From assembly GCA_963790305.1 (NCBI GenBank), contig CAWBOC010000005.1, positions 704,001 to 768,000 on the forward strand: 64,000 bases of DNA, in the 5' to 3' direction. How positions within the stretch are numbered: position 1 is the first letter of the stretch; each line of letters starts with the position of its first letter. The translations under genes were made by a program, and so were the position numbers. The notes below the pieces were generated by a model that worked only from the letters and a program-made list of their open reading frames with translations, had not been told where the DNA came from and did not search any database. Below, piece by piece: positions 50,823 through 60,126 of this stretch. This stretch comes from an uncultured Gemmatimonadaceae bacterium (GTDB lineage: Bacteria > Gemmatimonadota > Gemmatimonadetes > Gemmatimonadales > Gemmatimonadaceae).

Positions 50823-50910
50823 GAGGTAATCGAGGTCGTCGAGGACGTCGAGGTGATCAAGGTGAAGTCGCATCGATTACATGGACATCCTCGACGACCT
50901 CGGTCACCTC
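50823..50910. repeat. Palindromic GTCGAGGnn nonamer element
   Basis: gaggtaatcgaggtcgtcgaggacgtcgagg ... catcctcgacgacctcggtcacctc. Confidence 0.8.
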
Positions 50911-50931
50911 TTCATTAACTGTGGAGGAAGC

Positions 50932-51411
50932 ATGGCGCTAACCCTCGAGTCATCCGTCTTCACGCAAGGCTCGGCGATCCCTCGCCGCTACACCTGTGAT
51001 GACAAGGACCTTTCACCGCCACTCCGGTGGTCCGGGGCTCCCGACAAGACGCGAAGCTTTGCGCTCATCGTCGACGATCCCGACGCGCCCGATCCGGCGG
51101 CGCCACAGCGGGTGTATGTGCACTGGGTGCTCTACGATCTTCCACCCTCCGTCACGAGCATCGAGGAGGACGGAGAGGGGCACGCGGTGAAGGCGGGCGC
51201 GCGGCAGGGCAAGAACGACTGGTCCCGCACCGGCTACGGCGGTCCGTGCCCGCCCATCGGTCGCCACCGCTACTTCTTCAAGCTCTACGCGCTCGACACG
51301 ATGCTGGGGGACCTCGGAAATCCGACGAAGAAAGATCTGGAGAAGGCGATGAAGGGCCACATTCTCGGCCAGGCCGAGCTCATGGGGACGTACCAGCGCG
51401 GCGAAGCCTGA
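50932..51411 (+). CDS. YbhB/YbcL family Raf kinase inhibitor-like (PEBP) protein
   Basis: DDPDAP, HWVLY, YGGPCPP, HRYFFKLYALD. Confidence 0.95.
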   Translation: MALTLESSVFTQGSAIPRRYTCDDKDLSPPLRWSGAPDKTRSFALIVDDPDAPDPAAPQRVYVHWVLYDLPPSVTSIEEDGEGHAVKAGARQGKNDWSRTGYGGPCPPIGRHRYFFKLYALDTMLGDLGNPTKKDLEKAMKGHILGQAELMGTYQRGEA

Positions 51412-51417
51412 GCGTGC

Positions 51418-51876
51418 CTATTCCAACGGCGCGACCGAGCGCAGCCGCTCGAGAAATCGCTCAGGCTGCTGCGGTGTGAGCATGACGCTGTAGCCGTTGC
51501 GCGTCGGCACGTACACGGTGCGACTCGTCTCGGTGAGATAGACGAGCGCCTTCTCACCGTTGCGGAGACGAAACCAGCCTGCGCGATAGCCGGGAAGGGC
51601 CGTCCCCATCGTGCGCCATCGCGGCTGAAGGTCAGGCGAATTCGCCAGATCGACAATGCGTGCCGCACCTCCGCGCATTGAATCGGCCGGAATCATCCGG
51701 CCGTACAGGTCGCCTCGCAGGCGAAGCCCGTCGTCCGACAGCTCGAACCGGCTGCCGCGGGCGCCGCGTACTGTCGCCAGCAATACTGTCGCGGCGATCA
51801 GCAGGATTACGACAATGACAGCGAAAAACACCCACAGCCCTCGCGACGGCCCCGGAACGATGGCGAAGGATTCCAT
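51418..51876 (-). CDS. Bacterial PH domain membrane protein
   Basis: N-terminal TM; RTMGTALPGYRAGWFRLRNGEKA. Confidence 0.75.
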   Translation of the reverse strand: MESFAIVPGPSRGLWVFFAVIVVILLIAATVLLATVRGARGSRFELSDDGLRLRGDLYGRMIPADSMRGGAARIVDLANSPDLQPRWRTMGTALPGYRAGWFRLRNGEKALVYLTETSRTVYVPTRNGYSVMLTPQQPERFLERLRSVAPLE

Positions 51877-51888
51877 GAAGCGGCTGGC

Positions 51889-52089
51889 TCAGTCGCCCTC
51901 GGGAATGACGAGCCAGAGAATGATGTAGACGATCGTTCCCGGGAAGGCGGCCGAGAGGATCGACGCGACCACGAAGATAACGCGCGCGAGCGTCGGATCG
52001 ACCGACCAGTATTCCGCGAGACCGCCGACGACTCCGGCGATCATGCGATTCGAGCGGGAGCGACGCAGCGGCTTTCGCATCTCGACCAT
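51889..52089 (-). CDS. PspC domain protein
   Basis: LRRSRSNRMIAGVVGGLAEY..VDPT..R...YIILWLVIPE. Confidence 0.92.
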   Translation of the reverse strand: MVEMRKPLRRSRSNRMIAGVVGGLAEYWSVDPTLARVIFVVASILSAAFPGTIVYIILWLVIPEGD

Positions 52090-52154
52090 CGCGTGCCTCC
52101 AATAGGGTCTACATCAACTTCGAGGGACGCTCCGTCAATGTCCAGAGATGGTGC

Positions 52155-52616
52155 TCACCCTTCCCACGTGACGGCGTCTCCGACACGAATCGCCGCGCCT
52201 TGCAGCACTTGCGCGAATGCACCGCCGCCCCACTCAGGTGATAACGCCCTCCGCAACCCGGGAAGTACCTCTTCCATTCGCTCGCACGGTGTGGTCTCGC
52301 CGCCGATGACGACGAGCGCCTGGCCAATGCGGAGGATGCGCCCTCGCGTGTTGGCGAGTGCTATTCCGCCGAGGAGCAGGTTCGCGCGGCGCGAGGAGGG
52401 ATCCGCGTCTCCGTGAAGCTGATTCATGACGCGCTCCCACGTCTCGCGCTCGATCAGCGTGACCTGTCGTCGTCGGCTGCGGTCGACGTTTCCTACCAGG
52501 CCTCGACCTTCGACGAGCTGCGCCTCTTCGACGGCGTCCATGACGCCACGGTGAGCGCGCTTGATCCAGATCGCCTCGAGCTGACCAGGCGCATCTTCGC
52601 GCTGGTGCACACTCAC
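52155..52616 (-). CDS. MOSC domain protein
   Basis: [25 protein letters not shown]. Confidence 0.9.
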   Translation of the reverse strand: MSVHQREDAPGQLEAIWIKRAHRGVMDAVEEAQLVEGRGLVGNVDRSRRRQVTLIERETWERVMNQLHGDADPSSRRANLLLGGIALANTRGRILRIGQALVVIGGETTPCERMEEVLPGLRRALSPEWGGGAFAQVLQGAAIRVGDAVTWEG

Positions 52617-53107
52617 CCTTTCCAGCCCTCATCCGCGGTGGGTCCGTACATCCCGGGAAGCGGGACGTCGAGCAGACGGAGATACACCGTGAGCTGTCCG
52701 CGATGATGGATGAGATGATTGATGTGCGATCGCACCACCGTTCCCCGCGGCGCCGAAAACAGAACCTGCTCGCCGTGCTTCAGCGACCAGCTGACGTCGA
52801 AATCCTTGTCCTTGGCCGAGGCGAGCGCTTCACGTGCTTCGCGCACGTGCTGATCGAATTGCGAGAGCAGCGTGTCCGTCTTCTCGAACGAGTAGCCGGC
52901 CGATTTCGAGAGGTCGATCTCGGTGCCGCGCACCGTCCTCGTCAGCCATCCCGGCATGATCGAGACGAGCTGCGCGAGGTGGCCGAGCGGAAATGACTTG
53001 GGATGCGGCTTCCACTGTCCCTTGTCCGATGGGACGCGCTCGAGGAGGCGCCGCGTAGATGCCATTTCCAGGTCGAATTCAGGGAGCAGCGATTGGCCAA
53101 TGCTCAT
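52613..53107 (-). CDS. DinB family protein
   Basis: [28 protein letters not shown]. Confidence 0.92.
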   Translation of the reverse strand: MSIGQSLLPEFDLEMASTRRLLERVPSDKGQWKPHPKSFPLGHLAQLVSIMPGWLTRTVRGTEIDLSKSAGYSFEKTDTLLSQFDQHVREAREALASAKDKDFDVSWSLKHGEQVLFSAPRGTVVRSHINHLIHHRGQLTVYLRLLDVPLPGMYGPTADEGWKG

Positions 53108-53206
53108 TGAGGCGAGATTGCTCGGGTCAAGAAGGGCGGACTCAACGGCTTTCGCGGAATCTACGACCAGTGGCGACCTCGCGCAGGCGACGGAGCATGG
53201 GCGATT

Positions 53207-53222
53207 CGGCACCGGGATTGCT
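53207..53222 (+). promoter_or_regulatory. Candidate sigma-54 -24/-12 promoter
   Basis: CGGCACCGGGATTGCT matches TGGCAC-N5-TTGC, 32 bp upstream of ATG 53255. Confidence 0.65.
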
Positions 53223-53254
53223 CTTCCGGGAGGCGAATTCCGCGAGGAGAACAT

Positions 53255-53857
53255 ATGGTGAAGCACCGGACGGTTCTCGGGACGGCAATGGCCTGTTTGC
53301 TCATGACGAGCGCGGCATGCAGCCAGCTCGGCAGCATTCTCGAGGGCGTCGGCGGCGCCGGCTCGCCGCAAGGCGGCAGCCAGCTGAGTGGATATGTCGA
53401 AGGTGTCGACACGCGAACGCAGCAGATCGCGATTCAAACGTCGGGCGGACAGCGCGTGATGCTGCTGTTCGACAATCAAACCGCGGTCGTCTACCAGAAT
53501 CAGAGCTACCCGGTTACGTCGCTCGAGCGGGGCGATCAGGTGACGGCGCGCGTGCAGAGCACGAGTGGCGGTGCGTACTACACCGATCTGATTCAGGTCG
53601 ACCAGTCGGTGTCGAGCAGCGGGTCGAGCTCGGGATCGGGCAACGTGCAGTCGCTTCAGGGCGTTGTTGGGCAGATCGACAGAACGAACGGAGCATTTCG
53701 TCTGGACGGCAACAACGCGTCGGTGATCGTATCCATGCCGTACAACCCTCGCCAATCGGACGTCAACCGGTTCAACAGTCTGCGCGTGGGTGATCAGGTG
53801 CGCTTCTACGGCGTGTTCCTCAACAATTCGCGCGTAGAGCTTCGTCAGTTCTATTAG
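53255..53857 (+). CDS. Hypothetical lipoprotein with two OB-fold-like repeats
   Basis: SAAC lipobox; duplicated G.V..(V/I)D...SL..GD.V motif. Confidence 0.75.
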   Translation: MVKHRTVLGTAMACLLMTSAACSQLGSILEGVGGAGSPQGGSQLSGYVEGVDTRTQQIAIQTSGGQRVMLLFDNQTAVVYQNQSYPVTSLERGDQVTARVQSTSGGAYYTDLIQVDQSVSSSGSSSGSGNVQSLQGVVGQIDRTNGAFRLDGNNASVIVSMPYNPRQSDVNRFNSLRVGDQVRFYGVFLNNSRVELRQFY

Positions 53858-53983
53858 GCACTACGTGATCGGCGGCGGGAGCTACGTCACACGACGTATG
53901 TTTCCGCCGGCCGGTCGGTCCTACCCTGGGCTTCCCCGCACGACGCAGCGCATTCGCTGCTGTCCCCGAGCCCAGAGGTCACC

Positions 53984-55117
53984 ATGTCCCGCACTCGCTA
54001 CCTCCTCGCCGTCATCGCGGCCGGGACTTTCGCATCGGCGTGCGACAGTCTCTCACCGACTGGCATCGGCGGTCCGTACTTCAAGTCCGAAAACGGGGAC
54101 GGAGCCGGCCAGTTTCTGACGCTGATGACGCAGAACACGTTGCACGGCACGCAGATCGGCATTGTTCTCAGCGCGCCGGCGGCGCAGGTCCCGCTCGCGG
54201 TTGGCCGCGCCTACGCGCTCGTCCCAACTTCGGAACCCGCCGATCGGATGAGCCGGATCGCCGATCAGATCGCGGTATCCAGGCCGGATGTCGTCGGCTT
54301 GCAAGAGGCGGTGAAGTGGCTGGCGCAGAGGCCGGGTGACTTCCTCGTTGGAAACCCCGTTCCCGCGACGACCGTGGAGTTCGACCTCGTCGAGCTCATC
54401 GTCGATGCGTTACGCGCCCGCGGCGCGGACTACCGCGTGGCGATCATCGTCGACAACACCGACATCGAGCTCCCCGGTCTGCCGCCGAACACCCTGCCGC
54501 TGCCGCAGAACTTCTTCGACGTGCGGCTCGTGGACCGTGTGGCGATCCTCGTGAGGAGCGACGTCGAGTTCTGGAATGCGCAAGGCGGAAACTACGACGC
54601 CGGCCTCCAGCTGCAGATTGGCCCGGTGCAGAGGAAATTTCTGCGCGGGTGGGCGTCCATCGACCTGAAGATCCACGGTCGCACGGTTCGGTTCCTGACG
54701 ACGCACCTCGAGACGCAGGACGCGCCACCGGTGCAGGTCGCGCAGGCGAACGAGCTGCTCGCGATCGTCGAGCGATCGCCACTCCCCGTGGTCATGGCCG
54801 GCGACTTCAACTCGGCCGCCAACGCATCGGCGCCGGCGAGCACGAAGACGGCCACCTATGGGACGCTACTCTCCGCCGGCTTCCAGGATGCATGGACGGA
54901 TGCCTATCCCGGCGATGAAGGTCTCACCTGCTGCCACGATGCATCGCTCGTAAACCCTGTCGTGAGCTTCGATCAGCGACTCGACCTCGTTCTCACGCGC
55001 GGGTTTGGTACCAACGGCGAGGGAGCGGTCGTCTTCGAGGAGCTGCGTGATTTCGCCGTGACGAACCGATGGCCGTCCGACCACGCGGGCCTCTTGATGG
55101 CGGTGCGGCTGCCGTAG
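53984..55117 (+). CDS. Endonuclease/exonuclease/phosphatase family lipoprotein
   Basis: MTQN, PDVVGLQE, THLE, AGDFNS, RLD, PSDH. Confidence 0.9.
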   Translation: MSRTRYLLAVIAAGTFASACDSLSPTGIGGPYFKSENGDGAGQFLTLMTQNTLHGTQIGIVLSAPAAQVPLAVGRAYALVPTSEPADRMSRIADQIAVSRPDVVGLQEAVKWLAQRPGDFLVGNPVPATTVEFDLVELIVDALRARGADYRVAIIVDNTDIELPGLPPNTLPLPQNFFDVRLVDRVAILVRSDVEFWNAQGGNYDAGLQLQIGPVQRKFLRGWASIDLKIHGRTVRFLTTHLETQDAPPVQVAQANELLAIVERSPLPVVMAGDFNSAANASAPASTKTATYGTLLSAGFQDAWTDAYPGDEGLTCCHDASLVNPVVSFDQRLDLVLTRGFGTNGEGAVVFEELRDFAVTNRWPSDHAGLLMAVRLP

Positions 55118-55125
55118 ACCCGAGG

Positions 55126-57076
55126 CTACTGCCTCACGATTCTCCACACCTGTGTGCCGGCGACCATGTAGAGCTCGCCGGCACCATCGCGCCCGAACGA
55201 CACCGTGCCTGGAAGCGTGACGCCCACCCAGGCGCGGTGCTCGGTCGCTGCGCCGCCGGCGGTCGATCGAAAGCTGCGCAGCCATCCCCGGCAGTAGTCG
55301 GCGTAGAGGTAGTGACCGGTGAGCTCGGGGATGGCGGTCCCACGGTATACGTATCCGCCGGTGACGGAGCAGCCGTCCGAGTGGAGATACTGATGCGCCG
55401 GAAGGGTGAGCTGCCCGGTCGGATTGCAGCTCGAGGTCGGATTGTAGCAGGCAGTGCCTTCCATGAGACGCCAGCCGTAGTTGAGTCCGGCAGCGTTCGT
55501 GGGTGACACGTTGATCTCCTCGCGCGTATCCTGCCCGACGTCGCCGATGTACAGCAGCTCGGCCGGTGCATCGAACGAGAAGCGCCACGGGTTGCGAAGG
55601 CCCGAGGCCCAGATCTCCGGCCGCGTGCCTGGGCGGTTGACGAAGGGATTATCGGGCGGCACGACGTACGGCGCCGTGCGAACGTCAATGCGAAGCACCT
55701 TGCCGAGCAGCGTCCCCGAGTTCTGTGCGTTGTTTTGAGGATCGCCGCAGCAGCCTCCATCGCCGGGAGCGACGTAGAGCATGCCGTCGGGTCCGAACGC
55801 GATGAGCCCGCCATGGTGATTCTCGCCCCGATGAAGGAACGCGATTACGGTTCCCGCGGTCACGCCGGCGACGTCGCTTCCCGGCGTCGAGCTGAACCGC
55901 TCGACGACCATGTCGCCGAGCAGGTCTACGTAGTAGACGTAGAACGTTCCGGTGACGTCGTAGGCCGGATCGAACGCCATGCTCAGCATGCCGCGCTCGC
56001 CGGTGAAGTTGACGCGGCTCCGGATGTCGAGAAACGGGGTTGCCAGCAGCGCGCCATTCTTGATGATGCGGATGCGCCCGTTGCGTTCGACGACGAACTG
56101 TCGCTCGTCGCCGTCGGGAGCGGCGAGAAAGACTGGCGCCGTGAATCCTTCGGCGACGAGCTCGACGGCGAGCTCCAGTGGCGTGCTTCCATACGCCACG
56201 GTGGCGGCGGTCTCGACGCCGTCGGCGATGACGACCGTTTGACTCGCCGTGGCCGGAGCGTGCGTCGTCAGGTTGCTGCCCACCGTGTCGGCGGTGACGG
56301 TGTACGTTCCGGCCTCGAGATGCTCGAGCGTCGCCGACGCGGTGACGGTTCGCGCAAATCCGTTGGGGCCGGTGACCGAGACCGATCCGCTGGTGCCGGA
56401 TGGCAAGCCGGAGATCGTTAGGTTCAGGGTCGCGCTTCCCGACCCGTAGTCGACGGTCGCTGCGGTGGGGACTGCCGATGCGGTGAGGGACAGCACCTGG
56501 GAGAGAGGCGCCGGCCGATACGTCTTCCCGGCGGCCTGTACCTCACTCGACGTAATGGTGTAGACGCCCGGCGCGAGCAGGTCGATCTGCTGGCTTGCGG
56601 TGACCATCCGCGTGTAACCGCCGGGGCCATTCACGGTGATGTTCCCGGGTGTGCCCACCGGAAGGCCAAGCACGGTGAGCGCAAGTCGTGCCGTGCTGAT
56701 CGCGTAGGTGATCGGGGTAGCGGTCGCGAGCGCTGCCGACGTGACGACGACCGTCTGCGTCGCTGGCGTCGCCGTATAGCGGACGGTGCCACCGGTGGTC
56801 ACGTCCGCCGCCGGTGATGGTGTACGATCCGGGGTCCAACCCCGCGAGCTCCCGCGAGGAGCCCGTGAGGAACTGGAACCCGCCGGGGCCGGCGATCGTC
56901 ACCGCGGCAGATGCGCCCGCTGGAAGACCGGTGATCGTGACGGCGAGTCTGCCCGCCCCAGGCCCCGTGGACCCGCCCTCCCCGCACGCCGTGACGGCGG
57001 CGATCAGGCCCACCACGGCCGTTAGGCGGGCACCCCTCTGTCGCCATGCGCGCCGGTCAGATATGCTTCTCGACAT
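55126..57076 (-). CDS. PQQ-dependent glucose/sorbosone dehydrogenase lipoprotein with three N-terminal beta-sandwich repeats; frameshift near 56805
   Basis: GERGMLSMAFDP, NHHGG..FGPDG.LY, GLRNPWRFSFD, DVGQ..EEI; three GLP.G.....GP.G...L.PG.YT repeats. Confidence 0.88.
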
Positions 57077-57091
57077 CCTCTGAACTCTCAC

Positions 57092-57361
57092 ATGTCCGGT
57101 TACGACGATTTCGAGCCTAACGGCGACTCCGATCTCGAAGCCGATCTCGACGATGAGTTTCCTCTCGGCGACGGCACGGTCGACACCGAGGCCACCGTGG
57201 TCTGCCCCTACTGCGCGGAGGTCGTCGCGATCGCGCTCGATCCCGGCAGCGGAGCGGTCCAGGAGTACATCGAGGACTGCGCGGTGTGCTGCCAGCCCTG
57301 GACGGTCCTCGTAAGCTACCACGATGGGTTGGCGGAGGTGGAGGTGCGAGCGCTGGAGTAG
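57092..57361 (+). CDS. CPXCG motif cysteine-rich protein
   Basis: CPYC...QEYIEDCAVCCQP. Confidence 0.88.
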   Translation: MSGYDDFEPNGDSDLEADLDDEFPLGDGTVDTEATVVCPYCAEVVAIALDPGSGAVQEYIEDCAVCCQPWTVLVSYHDGLAEVEVRALE

Positions 57362-57387
57362 CTCGTTCCGGCGCGAGCTTCTTGAAA

Positions 57388-57536
57388 AAAGCGGTCGCAC
57401 AGAGACACACAGAGACATGGCACAGAGACTCACAGAGGAGCTGCACACGGCAACATGCCTTGGAAAAGCTTTTGCCGTTGACGTTCCTCGGTGTGTCTCT
57501 GTGCCATGTCTCTGTGTGTCTCTGTGCCACCGCTTT
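57388..57536. repeat. Palindromic CACAGAGA tandem element
   Basis: aaagcggtcgcacagagacacacagagacatggcacagagac ... gtctctgtgccatgtctctgtgtgtctctgtgccaccgcttt. Confidence 0.9.
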
Positions 57537-57627
57537 ACGCCTCGTTGCGTGATGAGCTAGATGGCCGGCGACTTCACTCCCGCTCCGCCAGCTCCATTAT
57601 TGACATCAGCCCTCCCGGAGGAACCCC

Positions 57628-58636
57628 ATGTCCGTCCGCGTCTGTCTCGCGCTTGTGGTGCTGGTATCCCCCGCCGGTGCCCAGCAGGAAGCTCGCCCTC
57701 TCCGCCCCGTCGCGACCTACTCCATCGTCGCCCGCGATTCCGTGACCGGGGAGATGGGCGTCGCCGTGCAATCCCACTGGTTTTCCGTTGGTGCGCTCGT
57801 GTCGTGGGCGGAGGCCGGCGTTGGCGCGGTCGCTACGCAATCGTTCGTCGACCCCCGCTACGGCCCGCTCGGCATTCGAGCTCATGCGGCTCGGCCGCTC
57901 CGCCCCGGAGGCATTGCGGGCGCTCGTCGGCAGCGACGCCGATTCCGCCGTTAGGCAGGTGGCGATGATCGATGCCCAGGGTCGCGTCGCCGCGTTCACG
58001 GGGAAGAGGGCGATCCGAGCCGCGGGCCAGCACGTCGGTGCTCAATACTCGGTGCAGGCGAACCTGATGGAGAAGCCCAGCGTGTGGCCCGCGATGGCGC
58101 GCGCGTTCGAGACCACCAGGGGCGATCTCGCGGAACGGCTGCTCGCGGCGCTCGAGGCGGCGGAGCGCGAAGGGGGCGACATTCGCGGTCGTCAGTCGGC
58201 GGCGATACTCATCGTGGGTCCGACCAGCACCGGTCGTCCCTGGAGCGATCGCCGGTTCGATCTGCGCGTCGAAGATCATGCCGCGCCGGTTACGGAGCTG
58301 CGGCGCCTCGTCACCCTGGCGCGCGTCTACCAGAAGCTCAACGAGGGCGACGAGTGGGTGACGAAGAACGACATGCCGAAAGCGGTGCAGGCCTATGGGG
58401 CGGCTACCAGCATCCTGCCCGATGCTGCCACGAATGGCGAAGCGGTCTTCTGGACCGGGATCAGCCTCGCCAGTGCCAAGCGCGTCGACGACGCGATTCC
58501 GTACCTTCGCCGCGCGCACGCCGCGGATGCACGGTGGGCCGAGCTCGTGACCCGACTCCCCGAGGTTGGGCTCCTCCCCAACGACAGCGCGCTCGTCAGG
58601 CGGCTCGTGACCGAGATGAAGCGCCCGGCACGATGA
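57628..58636 (+). CDS. DUF1028 (Ntn-hydrolase-like) protein with TPR-like tail; frameshift near 57875
   Basis: [39 protein letters not shown]. Confidence 0.9.
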
Positions 58637-58861
58637 TCACGCGGCCGGCGGTGGTGGCACCAGCGAAATCTCGCCGTCGACGTGAAACTCCTTCAGCACG
58701 CCGGGGATGGTGAGCGTGGCGCGAACCGGTAGGACCTCCGTTCCCCGCAGGGCCCCGGTCGCGAGCGCGCTCTCGACGGCGGTTTCGATCTCGCGTTGTG
58801 CCGTCACGCCAAAGCGCTTGAGGAACTTCCGAAGCTCGAGGTTGAAGACGTCAGGGTCCAC
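58637..58861 (-). CDS. DUF6494-like small protein
   Basis: FNLELRKFLKRFGVTAQREIE; GGAGG RBS. Confidence 0.75.
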   Translation of the reverse strand: MDPDVFNLELRKFLKRFGVTAQREIETAVESALATGALRGTEVLPVRATLTIPGVLKEFHVDGEISLVPPPPAA

Positions 58862-58885
58862 GGGTGTCCTCCATGTCGTCGCGCC

Positions 58886-59590
58886 TCACTTCTGCGCGGG
58901 CGTTAGCTCGAGCATGCGAAAGGCCCGATCGGTGATTTGACCGTTGCTCGCGCGCTTGGCCTCGAAGTAGAGCAGGGTCCGATTGTTCGCTTCCAGCTTC
59001 CCCAGGACGAAGCTGGCCGCGACGCCGTTGCCGGTCGCCTCGTCGACATCGGTGAGCTTCCATTGCGATCCGGTCCACCGTCCGGTGACCCGCTGGTCGT
59101 CGTTCGCCTCGACGAGGCTGAAGTCGCCCAGCTGGCCGAACTTCGTGCGCACCACGCGCGCGACCGTGTCGATCTCGACACCGTTCACTTCGGGGAACGC
59201 CGTTCCGCCCTCGAGACGCCACCCGTTAGGTATCGTCGCCACCCGAAGCGTGCCTGTCCCGCCGCGCTGAACGACGAGGGTTTCGGCCAGCGATAGCATT
59301 TCCTTGTACTCGGCCTCCGAAATACCCATCCGCGCATCGTACGCCATGGGCTGTCCTTCCGGCGTCGCCTGCGCGTGTGCTCTGAACCACTCGGTGTTGG
59401 CGCGAGCGGCCGCCTGAATCCGCGTCGCGAGCTCCGTGAAACGCGGCGGCGCCCCCACCTCGAGCACTGTGACCTCCACCGGACCGACGGAAAGCAGCTC
59501 GCGAAACGCAACCGTACGCGTCTGTGCGGAACCGAGCGAAGCCGCGACGACGAACAGCGCGGAGTGCAGTGTGATGGCGAGACCTCGCAT
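58886..59590 (-). CDS. Hypothetical exported protein
   Basis: GGAGG RBS; signal peptide MRGLAITLHSALFVVAASLGSAQ. Confidence 0.7.
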   Translation of the reverse strand: MRGLAITLHSALFVVAASLGSAQTRTVAFRELLSVGPVEVTVLEVGAPPRFTELATRIQAAARANTEWFRAHAQATPEGQPMAYDARMGISEAEYKEMLSLAETLVVQRGGTGTLRVATIPNGWRLEGGTAFPEVNGVEIDTVARVVRTKFGQLGDFSLVEANDDQRVTGRWTGSQWKLTDVDEATGNGVAASFVLGKLEANNRTLLYFEAKRASNGQITDRAFRMLELTPAQK

Positions 59591-59612
59591 GGCGACCTCC
59601 GTGGTAAGTGCG

Positions 59613-60023
59613 CTACACGACGCGATCGGCAGACTGACGCAGCCGCGCCGCGAGGATCTGCACGCGCTCGTTGAGATGTGGATGCGCGACGAGATTGAAA
59701 TGGGTGAGGACTTTGGCGTCGGTGATGTCCCGATCGGCGGCGAGCTCATCGGCGATCGCGCGCGCGAGCTTCGGCCATTCCTTGATCCCAATCGGACCAG
59801 GCGGCCAGCCGTGGTTCCGCGCGTGCACCCAGCCGTCCCAGAACGTGAGCGCAATGTGCAGCCGCCCGAGCTCCGGCGCCGTCCCGCGTGGGAATCGGTG
59901 CTCGAGCGCGTCGAAGCGGCGGCCGACCGCGTCGTACTGCTCCGCGTCATGTGCCGTGGCGTCCTGACGGAGCTGCGTCACGAGCGCGTCGCGCGCTTCC
60001 TGATAGGTCATCATCGAAGCCAT
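59613..60023 (-). CDS. Hypothetical protein
   Basis: 136-aa ORF with IALTFWDGW.....H.W motif, co-oriented with neighbours. Confidence 0.65.
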   Translation of the reverse strand: MASMMTYQEARDALVTQLRQDATAHDAEQYDAVGRRFDALEHRFPRGTAPELGRLHIALTFWDGWVHARNHGWPPGPIGIKEWPKLARAIADELAADRDITDAKVLTHFNLVAHPHLNERVQILAARLRQSADRVV

Positions 60024-60126
60024 CGCGCGCCGCCAGGAAAAGGGCCCTCGACCCGTCGCTCAGGTAGAACAAAGCGGCCGCCGGGCATTCCCTCAAGTAT
60101 ACAGCCCCAGTCAGCTACATTTCATT

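Noticed and set aside
52613..53755. 380-aa DinB with long N-terminal extension
   Set aside because: The extension is antisense to the 53255-53857 lipoprotein; the family-typical start is at 53107.
6685..57875. Programmed frameshifting or phase variation
   Set aside because: No slippery heptamers or long homopolymers, and the affected genes are unrelated; the pattern fits sequencing indels.
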